A DNA stretch of 10,256 nt from Bacteriovoracaceae bacterium (lineage in GTDB: Bacteria; Bdellovibrionota; Bacteriovoracia; Bacteriovoracales; Bacteriovoracaceae), in the NCBI GenBank assembly GCA_041586955.1, contig JBFGZE010000101.1:1-10256 (forward strand), written 5' to 3'. How positions within the stretch are numbered: position 1 is the first letter of the stretch; the number at the start of each line of letters is the position of its first letter. The position numbers were made by a program, and so were the translations under genes. Positions 6,559 through 10,256 of the stretch are shown here, piece by piece. Below the pieces are notes generated by a model. It searched no databases, was not told where the DNA came from, and was given only the letters and a program-made list of their open reading frames with translations.

Positions 6559-7017
6559 ATGAAAGACAAGAAGGCCAAACCTAAGTCTATTGATGTTGAC
6601 AAAATTGATTTAGACTTATTGAAAAAGCACACCACCGACTTACCGGGTCTTTTGGAATATGCCCATAGTGTTGGTGGTTTCGCCATCGCACCGACAGAAA
6701 AAGGTGCGATTAAGGCCACTGCCTTCAAAGCGATGGAGCAGCAGACCAATATGCAATTGGATATGGTCTACGAACAAATGAAGGTTTTGGCCAAGCAGGT
6801 CCAAGAGATAAAAACAAGGGTCGAAGTTTCCTCCCTTATCTATCAAGCTGATATGAATTTTGAACCAGTGATTGGCCAATTCTATTACCTTTATGAAAAA
6901 GGTGAACATTCATATATTCTTTCAATGATTTCACCTGAGGAATGGGGTCATAAAGTCCCAGGCGTTTTTCAATCGAAAGTGCAATTATTGGCCGACCGAA
7001 CTTGGAAGGTTTATTAG
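6559..7017 (+). CDS. DUF2452 domain protein (family includes human C1orf50)
   Basis: Recognised pattern: YAHSVGG..I.P, coiled coil QLDMVYEQMKVLAKQ, IYQADMNFEPVIGQFYYLY, LSMISPEEWG and LLADRTW. Confidence 0.85.
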   Translation: MKDKKAKPKSIDVDKIDLDLLKKHTTDLPGLLEYAHSVGGFAIAPTEKGAIKATAFKAMEQQTNMQLDMVYEQMKVLAKQVQEIKTRVEVSSLIYQADMNFEPVIGQFYYLYEKGEHSYILSMISPEEWGHKVPGVFQSKVQLLADRTWKVY

Positions 7018-7179
7018 CTTTTCGGTTCGCGCAAAAATTATCGTCAACCACGGTATCTTTTCCTTGAAGAACAATTCATGACTTTTAATTTTCCATTTCC
7101 TTTCATCTCGCGATGGGGGTTTAAGGACGTTGGCCGTCAAGAAACAGAAAATGGCGTCAGACTTCATCTTTTTAGTTAA
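7018..7179 (+). pseudogene. Possible decayed fragment of a GNAT acetyltransferase gene
   Basis: Removing one G from the G5 run at 7115-7119 joins SISFHLAMG (7092-7118) to FKDVGRQETENGVRLHLFS* (7120-7179). This resembles the GNAT C-terminal motif NxxSxxFHxxxGFxxVG. No intact start or N-terminal half is present. Confidence 0.4.
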
Positions 7180-7841
7180 GGATCCTTGAGCTCTCCAACT
7201 AAATATGGCCCTCTTTCTTGGGGCAGTCCTTTTGAATAGGGGACTCTTGTTTTAAAGCCGGGACCAAAACTTAAAAAGGTGTGAAACTCACCATTTTCCC
7301 CCATAGGGCAAACTCCGACCGGAAATTTGGCAATGACATCTCGACCGTATTCTTTATTGATGAATTCGCTGCCCAGAGCTTGGGGCATCACAGATGTGAT
7401 GACTGCTCGCATTTGTGATTCACAAAATTCATTAATTAATTCGCTCAGGTCCTTTTTCCAGAGCGGGAAAATAGGAGTCAGTCCTAAGCGTTTAAAAAAT
7501 AGCTCGCGATAGGCCTTAACATCTTCCAGGTAAAGGTCACCGAAGGCCATATGCATTATACCTTTCGCTTTATAGCGCTCAAGAAATGGGGATAATATTT
7601 TTTCATATTCTTCATTACTGCAATTTGATGGCAGGTAAATACGCTGTAGCGGAAGATCCAATAATTCCGCTTGTTTTTTTAAAAGCCCTTCCTTGACGCC
7701 ATGAAAAGGTATTTGATTACTTTCCTTGTCAATAGTAGAAATCAGGCCAATGACTTGGTAATCAGGGTTCTCCCGTAAATGCTTAAGTGCTAGACCAGAG
7801 TCCTTGCCTCCACTCCAAAACAACATAATATTTTTGACCAT
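7176..7841 (-). CDS. Dph6/MJ0570-like PP-loop ATP pyrophosphatase (diphthine--ammonia ligase family), bacterial type
   Basis: PP-loop WSGGKDS, HGV, FGDLYLEDVKAYRE, FPLWK and GENGEFHTF motifs. SD AAGGAG precedes the ATG. Confidence 0.9.
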   Translation of the reverse strand: MVKNIMLFWSGGKDSGLALKHLRENPDYQVIGLISTIDKESNQIPFHGVKEGLLKKQAELLDLPLQRIYLPSNCSNEEYEKILSPFLERYKAKGIMHMAFGDLYLEDVKAYRELFFKRLGLTPIFPLWKKDLSELINEFCESQMRAVITSVMPQALGSEFINKEYGRDVIAKFPVGVCPMGENGEFHTFLSFGPGFKTRVPYSKGLPQERGPYLVGELKDP

Positions 7842-7856
7842 TTGTACTCCTTTGTC

Positions 7857-7885
7857 TTGAACAGAAAAGGCCTCTGTATTATCTT
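7857..7885 (+). promoter_or_regulatory. Candidate sigma70 promoter for the Hsp20 gene, with an inverted repeat in the spacer
   Basis: TTGAAC-N17-TATCTT; ACAGA-N7-TCTGT at 7861-7877. Confidence 0.35.
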
Positions 7886-7926
7886 AGGTGAGAGTTATCA
7901 TAATAAGAACCTCTTTTGGAGCCATT

Positions 7927-8475
7927 TTGAATAATTTAAAGACCCTTGGCGCTATTATTATTATTTTGACCGTGACTTTTTTTGTGATGGATTATTGGCA
8001 ATTAAAGCAGGGTCAAGTGAGGAAAAATGACAAGCTTCTCAAGGTGCAAATAAGGCCGGATGAACCGATCGATTTTGATCATGGCAACCAGCAGAGACTT
8101 CATGATGTCGAAAAAAGGTTCTTAGAAATGCAAAAAAAAATAATGGAAGAGGCGTTCAAGGAAGCCGAAAAAAATGGTGATGAGGACTTCTCAATTGATC
8201 GAGGGATTGGCGTTGAGAGATCTGAGGATGCTCATTTCGTTTATCTTCATTTATTAGTAGGAAAGGTGGATAAAGAGAGCCTTAATATTAACATTAGAGA
8301 TGGCCATATTTCTATTGAGGGGCGTAGTCAGGTCATTCAAGAAAGTGAAAACTCCAGCACAACATCGATCTCTGAGTTTTCACAGAGTTTTCCGGCGCCT
8401 CAGAATGTTGATGAGTCCCGCGTTACTTTTGAGGTGACTAAGGACGGAGTCCTACTAAAGTTTCCTAAAAGATAA
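7927..8475 (+). CDS. Hsp20/alpha-crystallin family protein with an N-terminal membrane anchor
   Basis: The C-terminal ~90 aa have the ACD pattern (EDAHFVYLHL, VDKESLNINIRDGHISIEG, FSQSFPAPQNVD, DGVLLKFPK). Hydrophobic N-terminal LGAIIIILTVTFFVM. TTG 7927 has GGAG 5 nt upstream, so it is preferred over GTG 7888. Confidence 0.85.
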   Translation: MNNLKTLGAIIIILTVTFFVMDYWQLKQGQVRKNDKLLKVQIRPDEPIDFDHGNQQRLHDVEKRFLEMQKKIMEEAFKEAEKNGDEDFSIDRGIGVERSEDAHFVYLHLLVGKVDKESLNINIRDGHISIEGRSQVIQESENSSTTSISEFSQSFPAPQNVDESRVTFEVTKDGVLLKFPKR

Positions 8476-8538
8476 GGTTTTCGTTGCGTCATTCCTGTCC
8501 ATTGTCCTTAGATCTTCTTTTAAAAAAACCAAATCTTC

Positions 8539-8559
8539 AGTAGAATGGACCTATCTACT
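8539..8559 (+). promoter_or_regulatory. Palindrome AGTAGA-N9-TCTACT overlapping a -10-like TAGAAT upstream of the CobW-family gene
   Basis: Read directly: TAGAAT at 8541-8546 and SD GAGAGG at 8561-8566. Confidence 0.4.
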
Positions 8560-8572
8560 CGAGAGGTTTTTT

Positions 8573-9532
8573 ATGCCGCAAAACAATGCCCAAATCCCTG
8601 TCTATATCTTAACTGGTTTTCTAGGTAGTGGGAAAACAACACTTCTCAATCGTCTTTTATCAAATGACAAGGGCTGGAAGTTTGCGGTGGTTGAAAATGA
8701 AATCGGTGCCATTGGTATTGATCAAGAGCTTATTAAATCACAAGATGAATTTCTTATTGAACTTAATAATGGTTGTATTTGTTGTAATGTGCGCGATGAT
8801 GTGCAATTGGCATTACAAAAGTTAACAGAGAAAAAAGGCGAGTTCGATTATCTTATTATTGAGGCGACTGGCGCCGCTAATCCTCTTAAATTGGGGGAAA
8901 TATTTCTTGGGCATAACCGCTTAACGGAAACCTTTCGCCTCCATTCTATTATTACAATGGTTGATTGCCAGCATCTCCCTATCAATTGGAAAAGGGAAGA
9001 AGATGCTTTTTTTGATCAAATCAAATTCGCGAATCAATTGATTTTAAATAAGGCCGATAATTGCCAAAAACCTTTAGCAGAGATTGAAGTGGATCTACGT
9101 CAATTAAATCCCCTCGCGCATATGGTGCGCACGAATTTTGCTGACGTTGATCTCCAGCAATTATTGGACTTTAATGCCTATGATTTATCTTTATTAGAAG
9201 GGGAGTTGGACAACCACAAAAAAGGGCATAGGCATCAGCATGGCCTAGATGTCGTTTGCTTAGAAACTGAAGGGATTGTTAATCCCTCCCTCTTTGAAGA
9301 ATTCCTCAATTATCACTACGCTTTTTGGCCAGAGCAAATTATCCGCACAAAGGGAATACTTAATTTTTTTAACCAGCCACAAAAAGTTCTTTTCCAGGGG
9401 GTCTATCAATCCTTTGATTTTGACTTAGGTGATCCCTGGGAAGAGGAACCCATTAATAAGATTGTTTTTATTGGCCATGATTTAGTACGTGAAACGTTAG
9501 AGAAGGGTTTTCAAAATTGCCTTTTAGACTGA
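8573..9532 (+). CDS. COG0523/CobW-family (G3E) GTPase, putative Zn metallochaperone
   Basis: Motifs GFLGSGKTT, ENEIG, metal-binding GCICC, Walker B IIEATG, NKAD, His-rich HKKGHRHQH and CobW_C IIRTKGI...IVFIG. Confidence 0.93.
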   Translation: MPQNNAQIPVYILTGFLGSGKTTLLNRLLSNDKGWKFAVVENEIGAIGIDQELIKSQDEFLIELNNGCICCNVRDDVQLALQKLTEKKGEFDYLIIEATGAANPLKLGEIFLGHNRLTETFRLHSIITMVDCQHLPINWKREEDAFFDQIKFANQLILNKADNCQKPLAEIEVDLRQLNPLAHMVRTNFADVDLQQLLDFNAYDLSLLEGELDNHKKGHRHQHGLDVVCLETEGIVNPSLFEEFLNYHYAFWPEQIIRTKGILNFFNQPQKVLFQGVYQSFDFDLGDPWEEEPINKIVFIGHDLVRETLEKGFQNCLLD

Positions 9533-9538
9533 GCTCGC

Positions 9539-9568
9539 TTGCCTAAAGGGGCCCGCTCTCGGTATAAT
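9539..9568 (+). promoter_or_regulatory. sigma70 promoter for the hypothetical gene (and probably the ROK gene)
   Basis: TTGCCT-N18-TATAAT with a perfect -10; SD AAAGGAA at ~9583. Confidence 0.6.
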
Positions 9569-9593
9569 CAAAATATTATACCAAAGGAATATC

Positions 9594-10151
9594 ATGACTG
9601 ATAAGGCCCAGCACGATCCTCGTTTATTTTCTCAAAAATTAGCGAAAGAGCGCTCTTTTACCGATAACGAAAATAATTTTTTATTAACAATCAAAAAAAA
9701 TTGCCAGAAATTTTTTATGGCCAATGCTCATCAATTAACAGGATTTGAGTGGGCCCCAGAATGCTTTGATCGCCGTTTAGAATTATGGTTACAGGAAAAA
9801 AATGGTTATCAATGGGTTGGTGAAACAAGTTTTAATCGGCGTCGCTTTGTTTTATTTGATCCCTCTGGCGATTCTCTTGGCCTCATGAATTTTTTACTGG
9901 GAAGTAAAATACCTACCTTTGAAGGGAAATTGGGCCTTCTAGGACAAGAAACGTTAAAAAATTGGATGCGGCATTTGTTGGAAGGCGATAAATCAGCGCC
10001 AGCAGGGATTTATCAATCTTATACTCCTCGTGGCGTTAAATTGGGCGACCTTTCGATGAATACGGAGCGCCCTTTTTCTTGGTCTCAGATTAAATTGAGT
10101 ACCTCTAATAATCATTTCGTTTTTTATTTAGGTTGGTCTTTAATTTCTTGA
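9594..10151 (+). CDS. Hypothetical protein, 185 aa
   Basis: Long ORF with its own promoter and SD that fills the gap between two clear genes. No family is recognised with confidence. Confidence 0.75.
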   Translation: MTDKAQHDPRLFSQKLAKERSFTDNENNFLLTIKKNCQKFFMANAHQLTGFEWAPECFDRRLELWLQEKNGYQWVGETSFNRRRFVLFDPSGDSLGLMNFLLGSKIPTFEGKLGLLGQETLKNWMRHLLEGDKSAPAGIYQSYTPRGVKLGDLSMNTERPFSWSQIKLSTSNNHFVFYLGWSLIS

Positions 10152-10177
10152 AATTTATCCTTTGAAGGGAGTATATT

Positions 10178-10256
10178 ATGATTGCTTTAGGGATGGACAT
10201 TGGTGGTACTAATTGTAAGGTCGGTTTAGTTGATGGGCAAAATGGCGTTGTTTTAC
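10178..10256 (+). CDS. ROK-family sugar kinase (glucokinase-like), 3'-truncated by the window edge; absent from the ORF track
   Basis: MIALGMDIGGTNCKVGLVDGQNGVVL... contains the GxDIGGT phosphate-1 motif at the very N-terminus, so there is no HTH. SD GGGAG at 10167-10171. Confidence 0.85.
   Translation, partial: MIALGMDIGGTNCKVGLVDGQNGVVL

Noticed and set aside
6985..7167. 60-aa minus-strand ORF after the Dph6-like gene
   Set aside because: No convincing SD or motif; it overlaps the DUF2452 end and is the in-register antisense of the GNAT-like frame. Not fully excluded.
7842..7926. CIRCE, sigma32 promoter, or ROSE/fourU thermometer upstream of hsp20
   Set aside because: No TTAGCACTC-N9-GAGTGCTAA; CTTGAA lacks a properly spaced CCCCAT; the CTCT-TTT-GGAG stem is only 4 bp.
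5848..8825. Short ORFs 5848..6042, 6552..6749, 6640..6909, 6836..7051, 7327..7512 and 8628..8825
   Set aside because: Shadow or alternate-frame ORFs inside well-supported genes.
1..10256. CRISPR array, tRNA/rRNA, IS, integrase, toxin-antitoxin or anti-phage system
   Set aside because: No repeat-spacer periodicity; the intergenic gaps are short and lack such structures; no protein has nuclease, recombinase or transposase motifs that I can recognise.

Overview
AT-rich bacterial chromosomal window of mostly housekeeping and stress genes. The gene content tentatively suggests Bdellovibrionota (Bacteriovorax-like); this is inference, not a database result. From left to right: (1) the 3' end of a large surface protein with ~93-aa Ig/cadherin-like repeats and a C-terminal carbohydrate-binding-like domain, whose frame is open from base 3, so the ORF-track start at 411 is internal; (2) a 2-TM + HAMP protein with no output domain; (3) a translationally coupled gluQ-metallophosphoesterase pair; (4) cutA; (5) a three-gene NatA-like ABC-2 exporter; (6) a DUF2452 gene; (7) a probable decayed GNAT fragment; (8) a Dph6-like PP-loop ATPase; (9) a membrane-anchored Hsp20; (10) a CobW/COG0523 GTPase; (11) a hypothetical protein; (12) the start of a ROK-family gene missed by the ORF track. 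I see no CRISPR array, RNA gene, transposase, integrase or recognisable defence system, and I cannot support a single coherent new system. The best leads are the TM-anchored small heat-shock protein, the symmetric divergent apparently leaderless promoter region at 6363-6558, the hidden frameshifted GNAT remnant, the variant Dph6-like enzyme and the output-less HAMP protein with a sigma28-like promoter. All family calls come from motif recognition by eye.
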